Source: Fistulifera solaris (lineage: Eukaryota). From it: 64,000 bases of DNA. This document shows, in pieces, positions 48,378 to 59,922 of this stretch. The translations under genes were made by a program, and so were the position numbers. Positions within the stretch are counted from its first letter, which is position 1. Every line of letters starts with the position of its first letter. Location of the stretch: positions 1,054,001-1,118,000 of the forward strand of contig AP026132.1 in the NCBI GenBank assembly GCA_030295235.1, given 5' to 3'. The notes beneath the pieces are model-generated. The model ran no database searches, had not been told where the DNA came from, and saw nothing but the letters and a program-made list of their open reading frames with translations.

Positions 48378-51013
48378 CTAAGAATGAGTTTTGCGTGAAA
48401 TTCCAGCGCTGCGAATAGACTTCAATGCAAGGCGTGTTCGTTCTTCGTGTTGAGCCAACTCAATGTAATGGCGATCTAGCAGTCGACCTTGAACTTCGTC
48501 GCTAACTTCTTGGCGCGTTTCTTCCGCTTTCTTCTGCTGCCACTTAGAATGAACCCGCCGTTCTTTGGCGCGGAAAGCGAGAGACAAGCGTCTACGCCGT
48601 TTGCAGTCCTTCAAGTACTCCTCCACGTCGCGGTGAGCATCGCATTCCAACAGAAAGTTTTTGGAGTCGATAGCCTGCTTCTCTAGTAAGCGAATTTGTT
48701 CGGTAATTCTTTGTGCCCGAGCTTCCTTGCGTCGAAATTCTAGTGAAGCACGGTCTCTGGCAGCACAATCCTTCCGATACTGATCGACTTTACGTTGGTC
48801 GGCAGCGCGCAATTCTTCATCTTCACGAATTTGCTTGAGCTCTTTGTCGTGGAGGAGACTTTGTATCTCACGCTCGTGCATTTTCTGTTTACCTCGAAGT
48901 TGAAGTGATTGGCGCCGTTGTTGCTCCAAGTCAGCAAAATAATCTTCCGCGTCGCGCTCTCCAGCCCATTTCAAAGCAAAACTTTCGTGTTCCTTCTCCA
49001 AAGCAATACTTCGAAGCTCGGCCATGACGTTAGCGTGACGCGCACGCTCTTTGTTACGGAAGGCGAGACTTTCTCGTCGCTCTTGTTGCATACGCTTCGT
49101 ATAGTTTTCCGCATCTTTTCCGCAGCCCATTTCAGTTCATAGCTTGCATGTGCTGCTCTCGCTTCCAGACTAGACATTTCAGCTTCAAGTTCTCGCTGCT
49201 TTCGACTGTGACTATTTCGATTTTGGAGACTTTCACGACGTTCGCTTGCCAGTCGTAGTTCATACGCTTTTGCATCGCGTTCCCCGGTCCACTTTAGTTC
49301 ATATGATTGATGCTCTGATGCCAACTCTTCAGCATGAAACCTCTCTTCCAACTCACGGACGCGCCTACCTTCATTGTTCCGAAATGCCAAACTATCACGA
49401 CGTTGCTTTCTCTCATTCTCGAGGTACAGCTCCGCGTCTTTCTCCCCGGACCACTTTAGTTCATAGGACTCGTGCTCATGGTGTAAAGCTTCTGCTGCGA
49501 TAGTCGCCATTTGTTCACGCTGTTTCTTAGCAAACGCATTTCGCTTTTCCAAACTTTGTCGGCGCTCCTCTTGCAACTTTCGCTGATATGCTTCCGCGTC
49601 TCTTTCCCCACTCCATTTGAGTTCAAAACTCTCATGCTCAATCCTAGCCTGTTTGTCAGCACTCTCAGACATAATCTGTCGTTGCTTTCGAATCTCATCC
49701 CCTCGAGAAGCCAAACTTTTTCGACGTTCCTCTTCCAGCTTGGCTTGATAGGCTTCAGCATCCTTCTCGCCCGCCCATTTCAATTGGTAACTCTTGTGCT
49801 CCTTCACCATGTTCTCAGACTCCATAACTTTCAGTTTCTCACGCTGTTTACGGGCCTCTGCGTTTCGGCCAGCCAGGCTCTCTCGACGTAGTTCTTCCAT
49901 TTCTCGCCTGTAAGCTTCTGCGTCTTTCTCGCCCGCCCGTTTCAGTTCGAAGCTTTGGTGCTCGTCGTGAAGCCGCTGTGCCTCGAGTTGAGCGTGTAAT
50001 TCTCGGATTCGTCGCGCATCTCCATTGCGGAAGGCAAAACTCTTGCGTCTCTTTTCGTTATTATCGCGGGTAAACTCACGGAGAGCAACACTTGCTTCGT
50101 GGCGCTCTTCAAAGATTGCCTTCTCCTCTTCAATTCGTTGCAACTGTAGCTTTCGTTTTCCTTGCCTATAGTTTGCTCGAAGCAATGCGCGCGTGGCCAT
50201 AGACTTACGATGGCGAAGCTCTTTGTCCTCCTTCAACCGTTGTTGCTGATCTCGAAAGCTTTGAGATTTAAACTCAGTCTCTTTTTCTATTTCGTGAAGC
50301 TTGTTACTGCGTTCGTTCTGTTTGCGCTTTGCTCGATCCCGGCTTAGATGCGATGACAACTCCTTTTCCAACGATATCGCTTGTAAACGAGCCTTGTGCG
50401 CAAGTTGGGAAACCTTCTTTGCATCAACTTTGTTTGCTTTCCATCCTTGACGCTCGTGAGCGATTGAAGAAGTCAGTTGACGGTGGTTAGCAACCTTTGA
50501 GACGTGGGCTGCGCGAAGGGACTGGTTGACACTGATTGCCGCCTGATTAATCGCATCTTGCGTAGCTTTCACAAGATTACGACGAACAGGCGATTTGATG
50601 TTGTTGATGCGCATGACTCGAAGCCTTTCCTGAACCCGAGAATCCCCTCGGTCAATTTTTGTCGGTGTCGCGCTTTCAACTTTTCCCTCATCGGACTCGA
50701 TGATCTTGCCAAAAGGCCCCAGCACAGAAATGTTACTTGTGTTGAACGAGGTACTTTTGCTGATCTCGCAAAATGAAGAATTGGATGAAGTGCTGTCGTT
50801 GACTCTGTTCTCACTGTCCGTACTTTGATCAACGTGCAGGAACGACTTGCTTACGTTTTCAGATTTGTTGGTTGCGAGGGAGGTAGCGCGTGATTCATCT
50901 TCCGAATACGAGTAGCATAAGCTTCCATCCAGCCCATCAATTAGCGATGTTCCAAAGACGCGGCGAGCGCGGGCTTTTTTCTTTCCAGTCGAAGGCGGTA
51001 TGAGTAATGACAT
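48378..51013 (-). CDS. Charged helical protein with 54-aa tandem repeats
   Basis: ORFs 48971-51013 and 48378-49130 join at ~49120. Repeat consensus HxS(Y/F)ELKWxGE(K/R)DAEAY......RRxSL..RN. Confidence 0.8.
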
Positions 51014-51947
51014 CGTATGGTTCGTTCACCTCTCGCAACAACCAATTATTCCCTCTGTTGCGTAAAAAGGCTCTGAGTTGTTATACTGATAGATAATAAA
51101 GATACTTCAATTTCAATTTCCTTCATGCTCTTCGGTGGCGAAGACAAAAGGATGATGTCGTTGTGTTGCGAACAGGTTTTGCTTCGTTTTGGTGAGGACT
51201 GGAGCTATCTGCCTGCGCTATTCATATATACAGTCTTGAATGTAATATGAATAGCGTTTGATAGAATGGTTCTCTGATACACTTATTATGCTTATAGAAT
51301 ACTCCTAGATATATAGTTTTTAGAGTAGTCTCGTGTCAGGAAAGAAGGATTACATTTAAAGATTTTTAAGCCATACAAATGCAACGTCCTTAATGCTACG
51401 TGCAAATCTAAGCCGCGCATTGAATGTCGAAGGACGGACTGTCACCGTCTACGTCATAAAAAAAGCGCCAATAAGATTTCGTAAACTCCACCGTGTCACG
51501 TCAACGGTCAGAAGCAAGAACGGTCAGAAGGACAGTACCAGGTACACAGTGCGTGAGCTTCGTCATCAAAAGAGTCATTCACGAGTAAAAAAAGGCAGGA
51601 GGAGAAAGGAGTACTTTATTGTCCACATAAAATGAACGCCATTCTGTCCCGCCACCCTTTGTACCAATTCCTGCCTGTACATCGCACCCACAAGTCTCCT
51701 TTTCCCCTTCCACAAACGCCGACAACACGCATTCGACGACTCGTGGTGAATCGAACGTAGTAAAGAAGAAGCTCTGGGATAACCACACATCATCGAAAAG
51801 AACAAAGGTTGCACACCTTCTTGTTTGTTATTTTTATAAAGAAGTGCCTCAGGGCGTCTGTTATGTTCATAGGACTTTGGTGCTGTTTGTGTTAAGAGAA
51901 GCTGCTGGAGAAAAGAGGCATCCGAGTTGCTCGATTGCATGTCGAAT

Positions 51948-54668
51948 ATGATTCCTCCTAATGTGTCGGTAGATAATACGCTGTCTTCCTCGAACAGTGA
52001 AAGCCCAGGAAAGTCCTCTCCTGTTGCTGGATTGATGGTTTCGGAGAGGGAAGATGGCGTAGTTGATTCCTTAGGGGAAGCTTTAGCGGGTGTGAGTCTT
52101 CTTTCCCAAAGTGGTTCCACTATGGGTTCCGCTGCCTTTGCAGGATCTTCGCTCGCAGCAACCTCAAAACCTTCTACACAAGATAACGATGGTTGGGGGA
52201 ACTTTACGGATCATTCGAACGCAAATTCGTCGGGAATGTTTCCTCCTTCTGGAGGAATCTCTACATCAACATCCAACGTAGAGAATGAGCAAGATAGTAT
52301 CCGCCGATTCCTTTCGCAGGACCCCTCTCAGAGTCTTGGTGACGATGTTTTCCGCTTGAGCCACACAAATCTACCTTCTTTGAACTATGAGCCGTCTGCT
52401 AGTGATGCATCTAATGTATTCCGTTATCAAGGACAAGGAATGGCTCTCGGTTCTGGAAGCAAGAACAGCTATGGTAACATTCACGCTACTCAAGAACCCA
52501 GAGACTCTCCAATTGGAACAGGAACCACAGCATCGAGTCGTTCGGCCTCTCCTTATACTAACAACCATGACATTGGAGGCGGAGCTCACAGTATCCCGGC
52601 GTACCAACAGTACACAAGTGACAGTGGTAACTTTAGCCGCAACCACACGTTTGTTGACGATGAGCACTCTACAACTGGCTTCCACTCTCTTTCAACGCGT
52701 GGATCGTCGACGAACCTTTCTGGATTAGAAAGAGCTACCTACAGTAAAGCGGGGAATTACGGAGGATCTCTACCTTATGATCAAACATTGGATCCATCGT
52801 ACGCACCGCAACTACCTGAGACCACGCCGCAGCAACAACCACAAGTCCTCTACATGGCAGTTCCTGCACCTGATGGCAGAGGGCAAGTCTTGCAACCCGT
52901 ACAAATGCTTCAAGTACCAGGAAAACCATATAGTTATGTGGTTCCTAATGCTCCGAGCAACCCTTCTGGTGGACCCTTTTTCCAGCAGGAATTACCGCAT
53001 CAAAAGCCTATGGTTGTTTTGCCCTCAAACACAGGCGACTACACAAATCCTTCCATCGATTCACAGCTCGGTTTTGGCACCGAAACGGTACCGCGTTCTT
53101 TGAACTCACCCGGCGGCGACGACTTTGCAGCTGTCAGCGCCCTTGGCCTTGATCAGTTTCAGACTACCGATCCCATCTTAGGCGGGCAATTCACGGGCAC
53201 GTCGCAGCGCCCTCCTTTGGAGGCTTTACTGGGGCAAGTTCGTCGACTTTCTCGTGACCAAGTCGGTTGCAGGCTCGTACAGCAAGCTTTAGACGAGGAA
53301 GGCCCAACGGCTGCGACTTTGATCTTGAACGAAGGACTCCCCTTCTGGGGTGAAGCGATGGTAGACCCCTTCGGTAACTACCTATTCCAGAAGATCTTAG
53401 AGAAGATCACACCCGAAGAACGTGTCATGCTAATCAAGAGCGTCAGTTCTCGTCTTGTCAACGCAAGCTTGAATCTTCATGGCACTCGTAGCGTCCAGAA
53501 AGTCGTCGAGCTATGTGCCATCGACGATCAACAAAGCCCGGATGATAAGGGCGTCGAGACAGAGTCCGCCGCACAAGTTCTAACCAACGCGCTCGCACCA
53601 GCTGCTGCGCGTTTGTGCATTGATAGTCACGGCAATCATGTCATTCAGCGAATTTTGCTGAAACTCGATCCACGTCATTCCAAATTTGTCTTTGACGCAG
53701 TTGCAGCTAGCGTTGGCGATGTGGCACGTCATCGCCACGGATGTTGCGTCATTCAGCGTTGCCTCGATTCCCCGCAGAATGAATCGCGTGCAAATCTTGT
53801 TCTGCGTATCGTAGACAAGTCTCTGGAGTTGATGCAGGACGCGTACGGAAATTACGTCGTGCAGTACGTTTTGGACGTCTGCTCGGATGACGACGTCCAA
53901 GCAGTCTGCGAGAGCGTTGCCGGAAAAGTTAATTTGCTTGCGATTCAAAAGTTCAGTTCCAATGTAATGGAGAAATGTCTCGAACGTTGCTCGGATAGAG
54001 TCAAAGCAATGTATCTTGCCGAAATGAGCGACCCGGAAAGAATCCGTGAGTTGATGATGGACCCATTTGGCAACTATGTGGTACAGCGCGCGTTGTCAGT
54101 CGCAACGCACGAACAAGCGATTCGTTTGGTAGAAGCCATGCGTCCCCACTTGATAGCGACACAAACTGGTAACGGGCAACGCAACGGAGGTGTTCGAAAC
54201 ACAGCCGGAGGTCGTCGCATCATTGCCAAAATCTGTCGTCGCTTTCCGAATTTCACTCTTAATCCAGTTGGATCGATCGATGAGCTGTACAGTCAAAACA
54301 GGAACAGTCGTCATGCTGTGCAACATTCTCATGGTCATGCTGTACAGCATCCTCACGGTCATTCTCTTCAACATGCGCACGGCCACCCTATCCAGCACCA
54401 CGAAGGTCATCATGTTCGGCACAGTCGCGGTCACCAGGTAGCTCACCACCACCACCACCATCAGCAGCAACAGCCGGCTCTGCTTCAGTCTTATACCGCT
54501 GTCGGAGGACCTGTGGCCCCTAATCACCATTTCAATGATCCGCGCATGACATCAGCGCATTTGCAACCCCTCAGTCGCAGCAGCCGTTCTACGGCTTTGG
54601 CGGGACAGACAATTATTACGACCCGTTCAACAGCGGCCATGGAGGGTATTAGACCGAAATGTCCATAA
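51948..54668 (+). CDS. Pumilio/PUF RNA-binding protein
   Basis: Eight PUF repeats (GCRLVQQ, GNYLFQK, GTRSVQK, GNHVIQR, GCCVIQR, GNYVVQY, SSNVMEK, GNYVVQR). Low-complexity N-terminus and His-rich tail. The exact C-terminus is uncertain. Confidence 0.95.
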   Translation: MIPPNVSVDNTLSSSNSESPGKSSPVAGLMVSEREDGVVDSLGEALAGVSLLSQSGSTMGSAAFAGSSLAATSKPSTQDNDGWGNFTDHSNANSSGMFPPSGGISTSTSNVENEQDSIRRFLSQDPSQSLGDDVFRLSHTNLPSLNYEPSASDASNVFRYQGQGMALGSGSKNSYGNIHATQEPRDSPIGTGTTASSRSASPYTNNHDIGGGAHSIPAYQQYTSDSGNFSRNHTFVDDEHSTTGFHSLSTRGSSTNLSGLERATYSKAGNYGGSLPYDQTLDPSYAPQLPETTPQQQPQVLYMAVPAPDGRGQVLQPVQMLQVPGKPYSYVVPNAPSNPSGGPFFQQELPHQKPMVVLPSNTGDYTNPSIDSQLGFGTETVPRSLNSPGGDDFAAVSALGLDQFQTTDPILGGQFTGTSQRPPLEALLGQVRRLSRDQVGCRLVQQALDEEGPTAATLILNEGLPFWGEAMVDPFGNYLFQKILEKITPEERVMLIKSVSSRLVNASLNLHGTRSVQKVVELCAIDDQQSPDDKGVETESAAQVLTNALAPAAARLCIDSHGNHVIQRILLKLDPRHSKFVFDAVAASVGDVARHRHGCCVIQRCLDSPQNESRANLVLRIVDKSLELMQDAYGNYVVQYVLDVCSDDDVQAVCESVAGKVNLLAIQKFSSNVMEKCLERCSDRVKAMYLAEMSDPERIRELMMDPFGNYVVQRALSVATHEQAIRLVEAMRPHLIATQTGNGQRNGGVRNTAGGRRIIAKICRRFPNFTLNPVGSIDELYSQNRNSRHAVQHSHGHAVQHPHGHSLQHAHGHPIQHHEGHHVRHSRGHQVAHHHHHHQQQQPALLQSYTAVGGPVAPNHHFNDPRMTSAHLQPLSRSSRSTALAGQTIITTRSTAAMEGIRPKCP

Positions 54669-54961
54669 CTTACAGGCGGGAATGCACGGAATGCATCCTC
54701 CCTTTGTCTACTTTGAACACCGATCCACGTTCACCTGTCAGATATTAGAAGTGCAGCATCCTCACATTGTGAGAGATGAAGCAATTGTATTCTGTTGAGC
54801 TATTATTTACGAAAACATAAAATGAAAGAGTAACACTATGAAAAAATATTTAGAATGTTCAAAAACTAAAGAGTATATGCTGTCATAAAGTGATTCTTTA
54901 ACAACATTGTTACGTCTAATTTCATCGAAGCGTCGGATGTAGCTGCCGCTCAGCTCGTAGC

Positions 54962-56687
54962 TCATAAAGGGCCAACGACGAATTTCTCTTCTCCCCAAAG
55001 CTGCTCGTCTGTATCTAACCAATCATCCATTCGAACCAGGACCTGGTCAGCATCGGCTTCTTCCGCAGGAGGTTGATTCATCGAAAGGTCTTCTTCGCGA
55101 AGCGCTGCCATTGTCAAGCCTTCAATATGTCGCTTCACCTGCAGTGCATCAATGGGACGTGGCAAAAGATCCAATAAATGTTTGGGCGTCGAAGATGCAT
55201 TCGTTCTGGGAAGAGGTAAGCCCGCTCTAACAATGGTCAAGGTGGAACGCCAGCCGGAGGTGGCGCTAGGGGGACACGATCGATACAAATTCGACCACCA
55301 CGTCCAACACGTGGACGTTTCCGAAATTGAGTGATGGGCACCACTTGAGCATTCTCGTAAGCTGTTACGTAAGGAACAGCATTCTGCCAAGAAGAGACAT
55401 ACGTCTCCCGTGTTTCCAAAGGTTGCAAAAGTTCGGCGCCGGCTCTCCATGATTACGTCCGGCAATGTTGGTACGATCAGGACCCGCTAGTTGGGCCACC
55501 GAGTTGAATACAATCTTATTGCCCGTAGAGCTTGCAGTCAAGGGGAGCGATTGAGCGTACGACGAAGCACCATCTGTGGACTGATCACGGCCCCGTTTCG
55601 CTTTACGTCCACCAAATTGTGAATCAAAATGTTCGGGAACATCCAGCAGCCGCTTAATTTCACTTCGATCTGGCAAAGACGATTCGCGAGGTGATGTCGA
55701 CGTATCGCACACCTCATGTATTCGTTGTTGGAAGCGTTCCATTTGCAGCTGCACATGCAAACGATGTAATTCCTCTCTCCTTTGCACTAATTCTAGAGTA
55801 GCACGCAAATTGTCGAAATCATGACGAAGCCAGCTCATTTTTTGGAACGCTTCCATATCATTTTGACGCTTCTTTCGCAGCTTATACTTTTCCTTTTCGC
55901 GCGGACGAAACACCAAATGAGGATTCGTATCGTCGGTACTCGTTACTGGCCAATAGCGTCGCAACAAAGGTCGTTTCAACTTGGATCGTTTCGACACCCA
56001 GTAGTTGTACACTTCTTGCATCATGTGTTTGAATTTGATGCCGCCCTGTCCCCGTTGTGTCATTGCGGGGAAAATATCCGCTAGCTCCGGAAGCTTTTCC
56101 AAAATCAAAGTCTCGGCTTGTTGGATTGTGACGATCGAATCAAATGCTGTGGCCTTTTCTAATGCGTCGATGATAGCTTCTAGCAGCTCCAAGGAAAGGA
56201 GAGCCGGACGAGCGCCAGTCTCCGCTGCTTTGACACGCGCAGCTTCCCCCCAATTTGCTGTTTTCGTTGAGCCACTGTTCATCTTCCGCATCGGCTACGT
56301 AATCAATTCGATTCTTCCATTCTTTTCGGTCGCATGGTGGTATCGAATATACGAGTTCTTGATATCATACGTCGCGGGTATGTCTTTTGCGTACGTTTCA
56401 ACTTCATTAATTTCCGGTACGGGGATATCACTTTTAACTTGTTTCGCTTCAGTTGGAGCTTGCTGTTGAAGTGAAAATACAATTGAGCTCACAAGAGATG
56501 TAGTAAAGAGGTAAAGAAAAAGCAATGAACTTACCACCGCCGACAGCACGTGTTGAAAGTCTTTGACGGAAAGCGATTTCGTCGTCCCCGAAGAATCCTC
56601 AAACGTCACTTTGTCATCTTCATGTCGAATGATTGTGACACGCTTGTATACATTTAAGCTATTCGGAGCCACTGCTGGATTCGACAT
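54962..56687 (-). CDS. EPL1: Enhancer of polycomb-like protein (NuA4 subunit)
   Basis: DIPVPEI, IIDALEK, VYNYWVSKR, TNPHLVFRPREK...RKKRQND, LELVQRREEL and RPRVGRGGRICIDR. Intron 56463-56534. Frame breaks. Confidence 0.9.
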
Positions 56688-56821
56688 TTTATCGCTTTCT
56701 AGGAACTTTAACCAGGTATTGTTGTTATAACGCGCTGTACCGCGCTGTACGCCATGGTCGATTTATTATTTACTCTATTATTTTTTCGTCCTCGTCTGCT
56801 GCCGCGAAACGAGTATGAAAC

Positions 56822-56890
56822 GACGTTAAAATTCTGCCTCGCCGTAGGCTCTACGTAGAAACTTGTACTGGGAGGCAGAATTTTAACGTC
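56822..56890. mobile_element. 69-bp perfect hairpin / MITE-like element, copy 2
   Basis: Identical to 35821-35889 except one loop base. Confidence 0.6.
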
Positions 56891-57250
56891 CTTCCGAGGT
56901 ACCTGTACTGTAATCAGTAGGTTCTACGGTTCCCGACTCAAATAGTTTCAGTCCCGTAAAATGTCGACAGATCTACAGGTATTACATTCAATTGCAACCT
57001 CATAGACAATGCGATTCTATGATCACTTGAAATTTGTATGACGACATCGCTGTTAATTTAATGAATGATTACGTCAGAATGAACTGTGTCAAACTGCGTC
57101 TCGATAAAACATCAACGATTCCCGACGACTTCTCAATCTATGTGTCGTCCCGAATTCTTTCGGCGGACTAGTGTCTTCCGCAGACTGTCAAGACTATTCT
57201 AGCTAAGCATTGAATCACATAACAAATGCTATTTCTCCGATAAAGAGACT

Positions 57251-59419
57251 TTAAAGCACGAGCATGTCGTGGGGCTGCGACCTACCGAGAGAGCGTGTGG
57301 AGAGCTCTTCACCGCCGCCCCCACTTGCACTGTTACGTCATTGATGAGCTTTGTATCCAACTGGAGCGTACCATTGTAAGGGTCGTGAAAGATTTGATTG
57401 ACGAACCGATATCCGACGCACAAATCACTAAAATCATAGGCATGTTGGGCAGAAACGGTACTGACGTCGGCGTTCGACGTGCCGACCATATTGACCAATA
57501 TCTGGTCGAAATGAATAGCGTCACGAACTTGTTGATGCGTATTCAGCTGTCTTGGCCAATATCCTTGGTTCAGTCGCATAAGCTGACGAGCGTGAGCCTT
57601 GAGTAAAGGCGAATTTTCGTTCAGCTCATGGCGGAGAATCCAAGTACGTTTGAAGAACGGATGATCCGGTGCCTCCACTTCTAGTTTCGCAAAGATTCGC
57701 CGAGGGACCAAATGTCCTGTAGGATCTTCACCAATGGCGTGATTGCTAGTTTTGTTAAGTGAAACGGACCTCATGAACCCACCCAAAGAAAGCGGTTCGA
57801 CGCGAGGTGTGGGTGATGACGGACCAGGATCTGTTGAAAGAATTGTGCCTTTCTTCCCCGTATGATTCACGCGCCGAATTTTCTTCTTCTTCCCGCCTCC
57901 TTTTCTTTTCATATTCTTGTTACTTGCTAGAGTGGGACACGCTTGACTGGCGTCAATGCTGGCTATGATGTTGACACTGGCGTCAATGATTTCACCGCCC
58001 GCAATGGAGTGTAGACGATTGTTGATTCGAAACTCCATGATAGGAGGAGGAATATGCTCCACATGTTCCTCACGCTCCAACATACTGTTTTCTATTTCCG
58101 GATCATCCTTCTCGCGTTCCTCCTTGTCAATGCTGACTCCGCTACCGTAGCGAATCACAATCGGGTCACTGAAATTAACTTGCGCGAAGGACTGAATGCG
58201 GGCCACTTTCGCCACTAGAATTGCTCCACACATACTGGCAAACAAAATTCCGGTAAAGGCTTCCATGGTAATAAAGATCGTCATACCGACACACTTCCAT
58301 CGATCGGGTTCGGTTGCTGACACTGCCGGATGGACTACGCCATAACCAACGGAACAGAATGTGGTCCAACTCAACGAGTAAGCGTCCATGAACGTCCCTC
58401 CCTCGGGTCCTCCAAAGTCCGTCCCCACTCCTCCGATGCATGTGGGTTGTTGTTGCGCAATGATATAAATGATGAGCGCAAAGAATAAGGTCAAACTGAA
58501 GAAAATGAGGGAAATGGAAAACAGTACGGGAATGAATCGACTCCGAAAGGTCCAGTGCAAATATTTGACCACCTGTTCGTTGGGATGTATTCCAAAACAC
58601 GAACACGAGCCATGCTGATCGCCGGTCGATTCGTAGACGGCTAGATGCTGATCCGGAATTCCGAGCTTTTTCAGGAGCTTCCAATCATTTTTTCGAGTCG
58701 GCTGTAGGCACACACGACAACAGAGTCAGAGAGATGCTCATCATTGAAGCGAAAATGATACACACTTAAATTCCGCCAACAGCGTACCCGTATCGTCTCC
58801 AGTGTATACTGACGGGGTCCCATGGCCGAATCGGAAATATCGGGTCGGGAAGGAGCGTTTCGCAATCGCCGTGTCGAGACGAAGAACCGACCATGATACG
58901 ATACTTGATTCAGTACTTCGCTTCGTTCACTGTTGTTAGTATTTTCCTCCCGGAACGATTCCCTTTGTTGAGCTGTTTTGTCGCGAGTGAAAAAATGAAG
59001 AATATGCCGTTTGATTCGTGCAGCATGACTTTGCGGAAAAGCTTCTTGGTTCGATCGTATCTTCCAAAATGAAATTGATTGTGAGAAAAGAGTGATGTGG
59101 AGGAACGACGATGCAGGAGAATGTAAAAGATCTCTAGCAATACAATCTTCAACCTTACCAATGCGGAATGAATTCGAGTCTTTCGTTTGTTGCGTGCATC
59201 TGCATCAGCTCTACCATTGCTGTTGTGCTTAGCCTGCTGCTTCTTCGGCTTGTTTTCTTCACTAACGAGAGATGAAAAGCGTTTTCGAGGTACATCATCT
59301 TCTACGATCTCTGTGTCAAGTCCAGATTCAATATCTCGCTCTTTTTCATTGCAAGATTCGCCGTCTTTGCTGTTCTCTGGGTCGACCCGCTCTACGAATG
59401 AGACCTCTTTTCGCATCAT
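57251..59419 (-). CDS. Inward-rectifier (Kir)-like potassium channel, paralog 1
   Basis: TM1, pore SWTTFCSVGYG, TM2 EAFTGILFASMCGAILVAKVAR, VNFSDPIVI, MEFRINN and WILRHELNENSPL. The 5' exons are approximate. Confidence 0.85.
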
Positions 59420-59922
59420 TGAAGTATTCCTCTTTCAGTTGCGAATTACAGTCTCTTCCGCTTGGTATTTTGAAGCAGGTGAAAGGTGTTGCTAAAAGGG
59501 TATAAGGTTGTAAAAAATACGGGAAATCATTACGATGATGAATATCATGTCGATGGTGTTGTGAAAACGCGAACCGACAACGAAAGGTATAGCGCGCGTT
59601 GGCAATTGCCGACCAAGTGTCTCTCTTTAAGTACTCAGAGAAATGCCATGACGTCATTCGCTCGGAGGATGCCACGTAGTACCACGTGGCTGGCACTGCT
59701 CGCTATGGAACATTCTTTTCGCAAAGCGTTTTGCGTTTCATAGATCCCAATGACGGACCGACACTCGAGCGAACTAAAAGGTCTGGTTGACACTTTTTAA
59801 CCTTATCGTCGTTTATTGCGTTTGCACGGTTTTTGTTGTTGTTGCTTTCTAATCAAAGCAACAGTCAACAGCATCAAATAATTTCATTATAATTCATCCC
59901 ATAGGACTAAAGAGTCATTACG

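Noticed and set aside
51575..52120. 181-aa minus-strand ORF and other antisense ORFs over real genes
   Set aside because: Shadow ORFs overlapping well-supported genes on the opposite strand.
28618..54668. Functional cluster of NOT1 and Pumilio (PUFs recruit CCR4-NOT)
   Set aside because: They are 16 kb apart with unrelated genes in between, so proximity is probably chance.
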